Positions 20,616-28,899 of a stretch of 32,000 bases of DNA are shown piece by piece. The notes beneath the pieces were generated by a model that searched no databases, was not told the DNA's origin, and saw nothing but the letters and a program-made list of their open reading frames with translations. The stretch's first letter is position 1. Each line of letters opens with the position of its first letter. The position numbers were made by a program, and so were the translations under genes. This stretch comes from Candidatus Helarchaeota ASGARD archaeon Hel_GB_B. GTDB taxonomy: Archaea > Asgardarchaeota > Lokiarchaeia > Helarchaeales > HEL-GB-B. The stretch covers positions 1 to 32,000 of the forward strand of contig SUPR01000026.1 of assembly GCA_005191425.1 (NCBI GenBank). The letters are read 5' to 3'.

Positions 20616-21175
20616 CCAATATAGTTAAAGATGATCATAATTCAATTGATTTATTTTAAAGAAAATATTCAATTTAATTAAATCTTTTCTATATCATATA
20701 AATTAAAAGATGAACTTTTTTTTAAAATTAAACTTTTTAAAATTTCAGAATAAAATTCCAAAAAAAAGCTAAATTAAATAAAAAATTAAAAAAGCTAAAT
20801 TATTTATCATTAAAAATTGCATTTCAATTCAATTAAGATTAATGATATAATGATTATAGATTTAATTAGATAAAATGCTTGAAATGTATGTAGAAAAGCA
20901 ATTATTTTTTTGATATATCCATTTAAATTAAATATAAACGAACAACGAATTTTTACCAAAATTCATATCCAATCAAAATCTTTTATTTACATAGTAAAAA
21001 AGAATATAAATATTATTATGATTTAAGATTTAATTTTCAAAAATAGAAAATAAAATTATAATATGAAAATAAAATCAATGTATCAAAATAAATAAAATGA
21101 GTTACAAAAATTTAAGAAAATATCTAAAAATATTTTTTTACTAAATCTAAATAATAAAGTATTAAATGAATTAGA

Positions 21176-21505
21176 ATGAAAAAATCTCGATTAACATTTG
21201 TATGTACTCAATTGGGAGTAACTGATTATTTATCATGGCATAATGAAAATACATTCAATGATTTAATTGTTAATTTGAAGCAAAAATATGAAAATCAAGT
21301 CTTGAAATACTTAAGAAAAAATTTTCAAAATATTCGAGAAAACATTACATTAAATGAAATTACTATTAAATTACATTATTTTGATAAGGAAGGAAATATT
21401 TTATCTATTGGAAATTTTGTTCCGGTTATTGAGATTATATCAAAAGGAATTAATAAAATATATTGGGATCCAGAGCCAATAGGAGGTATTATGTATCTCA
21501 CGTGA
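21176..21505 (+). CDS. Ubiquitin-like (beta-grasp) precursor protein with GG followed by a short tail
   Basis: Beta-beta-alpha-beta pattern (RLTFVCTQ, TDYLSW, TFNDLIVNLKQKY, IKLHYF, KIYWDP) ending EPIGG-IMYLT; immediately upstream of E2-like and JAB genes. Confidence 0.7.
   Translation: MKKSRLTFVCTQLGVTDYLSWHNENTFNDLIVNLKQKYENQVLKYLRKNFQNIRENITLNEITIKLHYFDKEGNILSIGNFVPVIEIISKGINKIYWDPEPIGGIMYLT
21481..21487 (+). promoter_or_regulatory. Perfect Shine-Dalgarno-like AGGAGGT overlapping the Ubl di-Gly codons, 3 nt before ATG 21491
   Basis: Seen directly. It may simply reflect GGA GGT Gly codons. Confidence 0.4.
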
Positions 21506-21533
21506 AAAATTCGCTGAGCATATTTATGATTTA

Positions 21534-21848
21534 TTGACCAGAAAAGGTTATTATTCAAATACATGGAGTTTAATAGATAAGAAAAATTATTCAAAAGGAA
21601 TATTTAGTTATTTAGTAAATAGTAAAAATCAAATTTTTGTTGTAGAAATATTATATAATGAGAATTACCCAAATAGACCTCCAATAGTCCATAGCAGTCC
21701 TTCTATTCGCGATCCTTGCTGGGATTCTAGAGGATATCTTCATTTTGCGGTAGCAGGGCGCGATTTTGCATGGAGTATATTTAAAAAGTCTTCTAACCCA
21801 TTAATATATCTCATTGATGAGTTAGCCATAAAATATAAAATAATATAA
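21534..21848 (+). CDS. UBC/E2-like protein with an atypical active site (start uncertain; frame open from 21483)
   Basis: VEILYNENYPNRPPIV matches the UBC xPxxYPxxPPxV motif. IRDPCWDSRGYLHF aligns with the HPNIdxxGxICL motif. Confidence 0.65.
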   Translation: MTRKGYYSNTWSLIDKKNYSKGIFSYLVNSKNQIFVVEILYNENYPNRPPIVHSSPSIRDPCWDSRGYLHFAVAGRDFAWSIFKKSSNPLIYLIDELAIKYKII

Positions 21849-21893
21849 ATTGAGTTCAAATAATACTACGAATTTATAATTTAACCAAGAAAA

Positions 21894-22946
21894 TTGATAG
21901 AAATGTTAGTAATAGTTAAAGATAAGACAATTGAAGAATGTAAAAACGAAGTAAATGAATTTTTGAAGGGAAAATCATTTCATGAGGTTGGTGGATATTT
22001 AATTGGTACATATGATTATGATGCATCTATTGAATTATTTTTTTTAGATAAAAAAGCGGAATCTACTTCTACTAGAATTAAATTGAGTAGTGATTCCTTC
22101 CTTGAAGTCGAAAAATTATTAACCAAATTTCCAAATTTTCAATATTTAGGGACATGGCATGTCCATCCTGGAAAAGGATTACCAATCAAATCTGAAATCG
22201 ATGAAGCCACTTTATTTTTAGAACGATTTGTAATAGAGACCGATAATCCAGAGCAATACAAATGCCCAAGGATTCATATTATATTTAATGAAAATTTCAC
22301 CGAAATTAAGTGTTATACAATGAATTTAGACTTAGATTATGAATTATTTGAAGTTGAATCAATGACAAAATCAAATTTAGATTTGTTAGACATTATTAAT
22401 ATAATCAAGGAGAAATTAAACGAAATTGAAATATCAAATGGTAAAATAGATTTAGATGATTTAGAGGACATTTATAATAATTTAGTTGAAATTAGAGATA
22501 TGATTGACGGGTCTTTAGATTCACTTGAATCATTATTTATATTTGAAGAATTCAAGGAAATTTTTTATAATAATACTGAAAATATCGAAAACATTATTTT
22601 ATCAAATATAAGAAATAATGTTAATATTGGAATTCTAACTATGACCGATAAAAAAGTTATTATTGGTCTACCTTATCACCCTGAAATTATAGATTCTGCT
22701 GATGTTAATTCAGAACTTTTTGGATTTTGGAAGTATTTTCCCTATACAAAAATTGATTTATCATTTGAAAAAATTTTTCTAACGAATTTCTATCTAAAAA
22801 CAAAAGAAGAATATAGCAATCAATTTTTTTATTTCAGGTGCAATAAAGAGCTCCGCATAGAGCCATTTGTAGTAAGGTTTAATTCATATGATGGACTAAG
22901 ATATGATGAAGTAGAATTAAATATAATTAAAGACTCAGATTTCTGA
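21894..22946 (+). CDS. JAB/MPN+ (JAMM) metallo-isopeptidase with a long C-terminal extension (start may be ATG 21903)
   Basis: HEVGGYLIG (catalytic Glu), LGTWHVHPG and SEID give a complete E...HxH...SxxD JAMM motif. Confidence 0.85.
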   Translation: MIEMLVIVKDKTIEECKNEVNEFLKGKSFHEVGGYLIGTYDYDASIELFFLDKKAESTSTRIKLSSDSFLEVEKLLTKFPNFQYLGTWHVHPGKGLPIKSEIDEATLFLERFVIETDNPEQYKCPRIHIIFNENFTEIKCYTMNLDLDYELFEVESMTKSNLDLLDIINIIKEKLNEIEISNGKIDLDDLEDIYNNLVEIRDMIDGSLDSLESLFIFEEFKEIFYNNTENIENIILSNIRNNVNIGILTMTDKKVIIGLPYHPEIIDSADVNSELFGFWKYFPYTKIDLSFEKIFLTNFYLKTKEEYSNQFFYFRCNKELRIEPFVVRFNSYDGLRYDEVELNIIKDSDF

Positions 22947-22957
22947 TCTTATATATT

Positions 22958-24097
22958 TTAGATATTATATCCTATTATGTCCAAATAATAATTTTTTATT
23001 CTTTCTTCTAGAATACCTTCCACATTATCTGTTAATGGTTTTAATAATAGTGCAATTGGTCGTTGATCTCCCATAAACCCAGCAGAATCAAAATCTTTAT
23101 TACCATAATATGGAAGTTCAGCATTAACAACGGCAACTCCGCCTTTCATCGACCTAATTAATGTAGAAATAAATGCTTTTTTTTCATCTGAAGTTATGTC
23201 GTCCTTAAATACTGAGAAAATCCAAAATCCAAGTGGGACTGTATCTACTTCCATACGAACTTCGTAAACATAATAAAGCTGTGCCCCTAAAACTTCATTT
23301 CCCTCTTTCCAAACTTTAAAAAACCCACCAAACGGTGTATTTGGGTACTTTTCTCTCAATTTTGTATAATCCCATGAGCTAATATCTAAAACGCTGTTTA
23401 CCATTTCAACAAATTCTTGTTTAGTCCATATTCGTGCTAATGGATATTTTTTTGAAAAGTTATTTAATAAATGAATAACCTGGTCATAATCATCAGATGT
23501 GGCGTCCAAAATTTTTCCCCGTTCAATATCAGCTTTTTTCAAGCCCGCGACCAGTTTAGCTGCATTATATTCAAGAGCATTCATTTTTCTAGCACCTTTT
23601 AATAAATCTAACCCTTCTCTCCCAACAATCTTTATTAGGGCTTCACTATTTTTTCTACCCTTTATTAGCCCAAAACCTCTAGAATTTAAAAAATCAATAT
23701 CATCTTGCTCTTCTTTTTTCAAGAGTGCAGCATATATAACATCATGTTTGCCATCAATTATTTTTTCAATTAAATAGTCAACGAGTTCCTCTTTTATACT
23801 CTTTTTACTCCAATAATCTGGGTCAATCGCCACCCTTCCCAATCCCGAAATTTTAATATTTTTTTGATTGTATTTTCCATTGACTGAACTAGCTCCGATC
23901 ACACCAATTAATTTATTGTCATAGAATGCTCCAATATTATATTTTAAACCCCCAAATATATATTTGGCATAATTTTCAGTGTATGGTGGTCCTTCTTGGT
24001 CTTCAATTCGGTTCTGAAAGATGGCCTTACGGAATTTATCGCATAATACAGAAATTTCCTTGTAATTACCTTTTACATCCTTAATTTCAATATTCAT
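22958..24097 (-). CDS. Tandem GNAT-fold acyltransferase
   Basis: First GNAT: GAFYDNKLIGVIG, LGRVAIDPDY, FLNSRGF. Second: ILDATSDDYDQVIHLLNNF..KYPLARIWT.QEF, KVWKEGNEVLG, SAGFM. Confidence 0.75.
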   Translation of the reverse strand: MNIEIKDVKGNYKEISVLCDKFRKAIFQNRIEDQEGPPYTENYAKYIFGGLKYNIGAFYDNKLIGVIGASSVNGKYNQKNIKISGLGRVAIDPDYWSKKSIKEELVDYLIEKIIDGKHDVIYAALLKKEEQDDIDFLNSRGFGLIKGRKNSEALIKIVGREGLDLLKGARKMNALEYNAAKLVAGLKKADIERGKILDATSDDYDQVIHLLNNFSKKYPLARIWTKQEFVEMVNSVLDISSWDYTKLREKYPNTPFGGFFKVWKEGNEVLGAQLYYVYEVRMEVDTVPLGFWIFSVFKDDITSDEKKAFISTLIRSMKGGVAVVNAELPYYGNKDFDSAGFMGDQRPIALLLKPLTDNVEGILEERIKNYYLDIIGYNI

Positions 24098-24354
24098 TAT
24101 ATTCCACTCTAAACTAAAATAAAATTATAATCTTAATATTTATTTGATATAATTATAACATAATTTTTAATTTGTTTTTGTTTTAAATAATTTGATTAAG
24201 TTAGAAATAATTTATAGATGTTTCGATGGATGTACAAATTATTATGAAATTTAAAAAAAGAGAATTTGAAAATAATATAAAATCAGACGAAATAAAATCA
24301 GTTTGAAATTATTATTTAGTTAATGTCTAATAATATGTTAATAAATTATGGGCT

Positions 24355-25032
24355 ATGATAAAAATGAGTGAATTTGAGGAACAAAAAAAGATAGTTTTAG
24401 ATGCAGCTAAGACTTTTTTAAGAACCGGGCTTACTGTAGGGACTTCAGGTAATATTAGTCTAAGGACAGGCAAAAAAGCCACTACTATGGCAATAACTCC
24501 TAGTAGTAGAGAATATGACGAATTGACTTTGGACGATATAATAATTGTAGACTTCTCAGATGAAGAAGATAATATCAAAGTTATTGAAGGAAATTGGTCT
24601 CCATCTTCAGAAACAATTTTGCATTCATATATTTATAAAAAAAGAAAAAAGATTAACGCAATAATTCATTATCACCCAGTATTCTCAACAGCATGTGGTC
24701 TTGTTCTAGATGAATTACCTGCAATTCTTGATGACCAGACTTTTTTCCTTGGTGGAGCAATACCTGTTACAAAAGAATATGCAGTTTCTGGCTCGAAAGA
24801 GCTTGCTCGTCAAGTACAAGAACTTATTGCTAATACAAATGCAATAATTATTAGAAATCATGGTTCTATCGGAATTGGAAAAAACATTGAATATGCTTTT
24901 GAAGCATGTCAGTTATTGGAGAAAACCGCAAAGATTTATGTTTATGCTAAATTATTGGGTGGAAACATTAAATTTATGGACGAAAAGTCAATAAAAAATA
25001 ATATCGGCCTATTTAAAGCGATAAGAAAATAA
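24355..25032 (+). CDS. Class II aldolase/adducin family (fuculose-1-phosphate aldolase-like; start may be ATG 24364)
   Basis: GTSGNIS, ITPS, PSSE..LH..IY, IIHYHP and IIRNHG (Zn ligands). Confidence 0.9.
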   Translation: MIKMSEFEEQKKIVLDAAKTFLRTGLTVGTSGNISLRTGKKATTMAITPSSREYDELTLDDIIIVDFSDEEDNIKVIEGNWSPSSETILHSYIYKKRKKINAIIHYHPVFSTACGLVLDELPAILDDQTFFLGGAIPVTKEYAVSGSKELARQVQELIANTNAIIIRNHGSIGIGKNIEYAFEACQLLEKTAKIYVYAKLLGGNIKFMDEKSIKNNIGLFKAIRK

Positions 25033-25067
25033 ATTTTTCAAAAATTAATAAAATTAACTGACCTTTT

Positions 25068-26165
25068 ATGAATAAAAAAAACATAACCGTCCTATTTCAA
25101 AATCCGGACACTTTAGATTCGATTGAAATTAAAATTGAAAATAAAAATTATTATATAAGAGATATTGCCGAACAAATAATAGACAAATTTAATTTAAAAT
25201 CTCCTCCAATATTTTTTACGATTTTTAAAGACAAACCAACTGAAAATCAATATTTAGAAGAAAATGATAAATTAATTGATGTATTAGAAAAAAGATTAGA
25301 TGAAAAAATACCTATTTGGTGGCGGTCTAGTGATTTAAATGAAGACATTATGTATAATTTAAGAGTTAACAGATTTATTAAATCTGGATATAAAATCGAT
25401 ATAATCAAAAATAAGAATATTATGATCGTAGGTATTGGGCTATTAGGCTCAGAACTTGCTTTACATTGCGCCACAATTGGTATTAAAAATATTACGGTTA
25501 TTGATTATGGTTCTGTAGACTGGTATAATATTTATAGACAACCTTTATACACTAAAAATGATGTATTTAAAAGAAAAGTAGATGTGGCAAAAAATAAACT
25601 AGAATCAATAGGTGGAATAAATGTCAATTCAATATACATAGAAATTCCAAATTTTAATTCCTTGAATATAGAAAAAGATGTTGTTTTAAAGAACATCAAT
25701 ATATTAGAAAAAGCAGTAGAAAAAAATGACATAATTATCACCTCTTTGGATACTTTTAGTGCTAGAATGATAATTCAAATCCTTGCACTTGTCCATAATA
25801 AAATTTTAATAAATACAGCTGCAGGTCTTATCGGGGGGATTATTCAAATTATAAGACCTTTTCAAGACCCTTGTATTGGATGCGGTACATTTTATGATAG
25901 AAATCAAGAAACTGGTGCATGTACATTAGCTTCCTTTGGAACTCCTAAAATAATTGCTGGATTATGTATTGATGTCCTACTTGACTTAATAGAAAACAGA
26001 AAAATAGAATTTAATTATTTAAAATTCCTTCCAAATTACACTATTGAGACTAAAACTTTCTTTAAGGCAGATAATTGTCAATTCTGTGGTGAAAATGGCA
26101 TTGCTTCAGTGTACAATAAAAATTATAAAAAGGAATTACTCAACTGGTTATTTAATAATCATTAA
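25068..26165 (+). CDS. ThiF/MoeB/E1-like activating enzyme with an N-terminal beta-grasp-like domain
   Basis: GIGLLG, ID.G.VD..NIYRQ, KV, LDTFSAR, Zn site PCIGC...CQFC, and candidate catalytic Cys in ETGACT. Confidence 0.88.
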   Translation: MNKKNITVLFQNPDTLDSIEIKIENKNYYIRDIAEQIIDKFNLKSPPIFFTIFKDKPTENQYLEENDKLIDVLEKRLDEKIPIWWRSSDLNEDIMYNLRVNRFIKSGYKIDIIKNKNIMIVGIGLLGSELALHCATIGIKNITVIDYGSVDWYNIYRQPLYTKNDVFKRKVDVAKNKLESIGGINVNSIYIEIPNFNSLNIEKDVVLKNINILEKAVEKNDIIITSLDTFSARMIIQILALVHNKILINTAAGLIGGIIQIIRPFQDPCIGCGTFYDRNQETGACTLASFGTPKIIAGLCIDVLLDLIENRKIEFNYLKFLPNYTIETKTFFKADNCQFCGENGIASVYNKNYKKELLNWLFNNH

Positions 26166-26185
26166 ATGCTTATAATTTAATCAAT

Positions 26186-26416
26186 CTAATCAATCTTTTT
26201 TAAATATTCATCATTACATTTCGGGCATTCTGGTGACAATAAAGCATCTTTTTCTGAACCTTTCCAATCACAGTTTGGACAGACATAACTTCCTCCTATT
26301 TTCATCAGACGATAAAGCGGACTATGACCTGTAAAGCATTCAGGACATATATGTACATTTATCAGTTCTGATTCTGGCCCATTCCACCCACATTGGGTAC
26401 ATTTATAAGTTGTCAT
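26186..26416 (-). CDS. Small tandem zinc-ribbon protein
   Basis: Four CxxC motifs forming two homologous units: YKCTQCGWNG..CPEC and YVCPNCDWKG..CPKC. Confidence 0.75.
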   Translation of the reverse strand: MTTYKCTQCGWNGPESELINVHICPECFTGHSPLYRLMKIGGSYVCPNCDWKGSEKDALLSPECPKCNDEYLKKID

Positions 26417-26592
26417 TTCTATTCACAATTTCAATAAATCTATTTATAGTGGTTTATTTATATAAATTATTAATTTTGAAAATTGATGTCCTATAAAAAA
26501 TTTTTTCAAATATGAATTCAATTTATCAAAAATTTATAATTTACAAATTTATATTTTATTATATAAATTATTAAATTGTAGATGACAAAACA

Positions 26593-27270
26593 ATGCAATC
26601 AAGTACCCTTATAAATCTAATAACTGGAATTTTAGAAGATTCAATGAAACTTTTAAAAAAGATAGAGAAAAATATAGACTATCAAGGTAAACTATTAAAT
26701 TCATTATCGGAAAAATTTGATGTAATAGGCGACAAAATTGAACAATCTTTTAATAATTTAAATAATGTCCAACTTGGGACTTTTTTTAGTGATATTTCAT
26801 CTCGATTTGACCTAATAGATGTAAACAAATTAAAAGAAATAGACGATGAAATTAATGATATTTCCAATATACTCCAAAAAAATTTTCAAATTCAAATGAT
26901 TTCTATTTTAAGAGAATATGTAGACCTTAACTTATCGTTCCCTACTCGTTCTGAATTAACTCAAAGAAGTTCATTTTTCAGGAAGTCAAATATAATTTCA
27001 ACTCCTTCTCATCACAGTTTTTCCAAAAAATCACAGAGCGTAGATACTAAAATAGAAGGTGATTGGTCGGAGAGTGAATTAGAAGGCGGGGAAATTTTTG
27101 AAAAAATAATAATTGGTTGGAAACGCCGAGATTTTGAGAAAGCTCAAGGTACAAAAGAAATTTTTATGAAAGCATGGAAGAAACTTTCCAGTTATGATAA
27201 AGCACAGATTAAAAATGGTGCTTGGAGTAAAAAATTAATCGATAAAATAAAGTTATTGGGGAGGAACTAA
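26593..27270 (+). CDS. Hypothetical protein upstream of the mcr operon
   Basis: 225-codon ORF with a coiled-coil-like N-half, Ser-rich linker and Trp-rich C-terminal domain of about 65 aa. Confidence 0.7.
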   Translation: MQSSTLINLITGILEDSMKLLKKIEKNIDYQGKLLNSLSEKFDVIGDKIEQSFNNLNNVQLGTFFSDISSRFDLIDVNKLKEIDDEINDISNILQKNFQIQMISILREYVDLNLSFPTRSELTQRSSFFRKSNIISTPSHHSFSKKSQSVDTKIEGDWSESELEGGEIFEKIIIGWKRRDFEKAQGTKEIFMKAWKKLSSYDKAQIKNGAWSKKLIDKIKLLGRN

Positions 27271-27502
27271 TTTTATTTTTCAGATTAATTAAAGAATTGT
27301 TTGGGAAATATTAAAATCTCATTGATTGAAGAATTTTTATTAAATTAAAAAAATATTTTTCTTCATAAAAAAATATTAAATATAAAACTTCTAATGACTA
27401 TTTAAGATTAAAAATTTGGTACCAGAAAAATTAAAAGAATTATTATCCAATTTGCAAAAATAAAAGACAAACGAAAATATTTGATGTAAAAAAGTGAATT
27501 GA

Positions 27503-28885
27503 ATGAAGTATTCGGATAAAATAGATGTATTTGACGATATGGGAAATAATATTGCTGAGGATCTACCGATTGAGAGTTTATCACCATTAATAAATCCATT
27601 TATACTTGACATTTTGAACTTTTTTAAACGGACTGCATTTGTTAATCTTAAAAAGTTAGAATTCATGCTACAAAGCGGTCAGATTGGGTACACAAGTTCT
27701 ATGAAGCAAGATGAAATTCAAATATCCTGTTATACCCGTCCTTGGGAAATAATTGAAAATGCAGAAGCTTTAATTGACCTAATCAAGAAAAAGATCCAAG
27801 TATCTGAGAATGATGATTCAAATGTTGTTTTGCTACCAGGAAATGAAGTATTAATGGTACAACTCCCTAAAGAACGGATTAGAGCTGCTGCAGGACGCGA
27901 CTCAGCTTTTTCAATTGCAGGTGAAGCCACTTTACAAGCTATATCTGAAGTTCATAATATAACTCCTTTGTCCGACCCTGATGGTTGTAATATTTTAAAA
28001 AGTATCATTTTTGGAAGATATCCACAAACAAGGACATTTCCCCCAAGAAATCCGTTGTTTACACTTCTCCACCCGTTTCATACTCAAGAAGGATTAGGAA
28101 ATGGATTTAGGGGCATTACAATTAATCATATTGTCGCTTTAACACAAAAAAGAACTTTTGACGCGGTAATCTTAAGTACAATTCTTGAACAAGCTTCCCA
28201 ATTTGAAATGGGAAATACTATTGGATGGTTTGAACGGTATAACTTGCTCGGAATGGCATATCAAAGTTTCAATGCAGACCGCGTCTTACTTGACCTTATT
28301 GATGAAAATAAAAATGGGACGGTAGGTGATGTGGTTACTTCCTTAGTAAGAATTGGAATTGAAGATGATATTATTAAACCAAAAAAGAGGTCTTATCCTT
28401 ATAAATTGTTCTCTGGATATAAAATATATTCAGTAAAAGATTATGATATGTGGAATGCATATACTTGTGCTGGACTGTTAGCAGCAGTTCTTGTAAATTG
28501 TGGTGCAAGTAGAAGTGCACAATCTATATCTTCAGCTATTACTAGTTTTTGTGATTTATTAATGTTTGAATCTGGTGGCCTACCCGATCCTGATTGCGGA
28601 AGGGTTATGGGTACAGGCCTTGGACTAAGTCATTTTAATCATGACATTTTCAGTATTGGTGGAACCGGTCTTTTATCATTAGATAATGTTTTAATTAGAA
28701 ATAATTCGGGTTTTGTTGCACCTTGTCTTGCAGCTGCAATGAGTTTAGATAGTGGAACTCAATTATATCGCCCCGAAGTTACTTCTGAAATATTTTTTAA
28801 AATTAGGGAAGCTGACCCGATTTTTAAAGGCCCTCTTATTAATAAAGTTGTTGAGTCAGCTCTAGAAATCAAACATAAAATCTAA
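27503..28885 (+). CDS. mcrB: Methyl/alkyl-coenzyme M reductase beta subunit homologue (divergent)
   Basis: DKIDVFDD.G, LSPL.NP, KRT..VNL, GRYPQ, QEG.G, LSTILEQ..QFEMG..IG.FER, WNAY..AG and AAAMSLD.GTQ are colinear with McrB. Confidence 0.93.
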   Translation: MKYSDKIDVFDDMGNNIAEDLPIESLSPLINPFILDILNFFKRTAFVNLKKLEFMLQSGQIGYTSSMKQDEIQISCYTRPWEIIENAEALIDLIKKKIQVSENDDSNVVLLPGNEVLMVQLPKERIRAAAGRDSAFSIAGEATLQAISEVHNITPLSDPDGCNILKSIIFGRYPQTRTFPPRNPLFTLLHPFHTQEGLGNGFRGITINHIVALTQKRTFDAVILSTILEQASQFEMGNTIGWFERYNLLGMAYQSFNADRVLLDLIDENKNGTVGDVVTSLVRIGIEDDIIKPKKRSYPYKLFSGYKIYSVKDYDMWNAYTCAGLLAAVLVNCGASRSAQSISSAITSFCDLLMFESGGLPDPDCGRVMGTGLGLSHFNHDIFSIGGTGLLSLDNVLIRNNSGFVAPCLAAAMSLDSGTQLYRPEVTSEIFFKIREADPIFKGPLINKVVESALEIKHKI

Positions 28886-28899
28886 GGTGTGCATTAGAA

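Noticed and set aside
25068-26165. E1/Ubl as the sulfur supply for MCR thioglycine
   Set aside because: No ycaO or tfuA in the window, and the E2-like and JAB genes favour conjugation. Kept only as an untested alternative.
27391-27666. Minus-strand ORFs 27391-27666 and 27408-27599 across the mcrB start
   Set aside because: They overlap mcrB and its AT-rich upstream region, with no coding signature. An antisense role cannot be supported from sequence alone.
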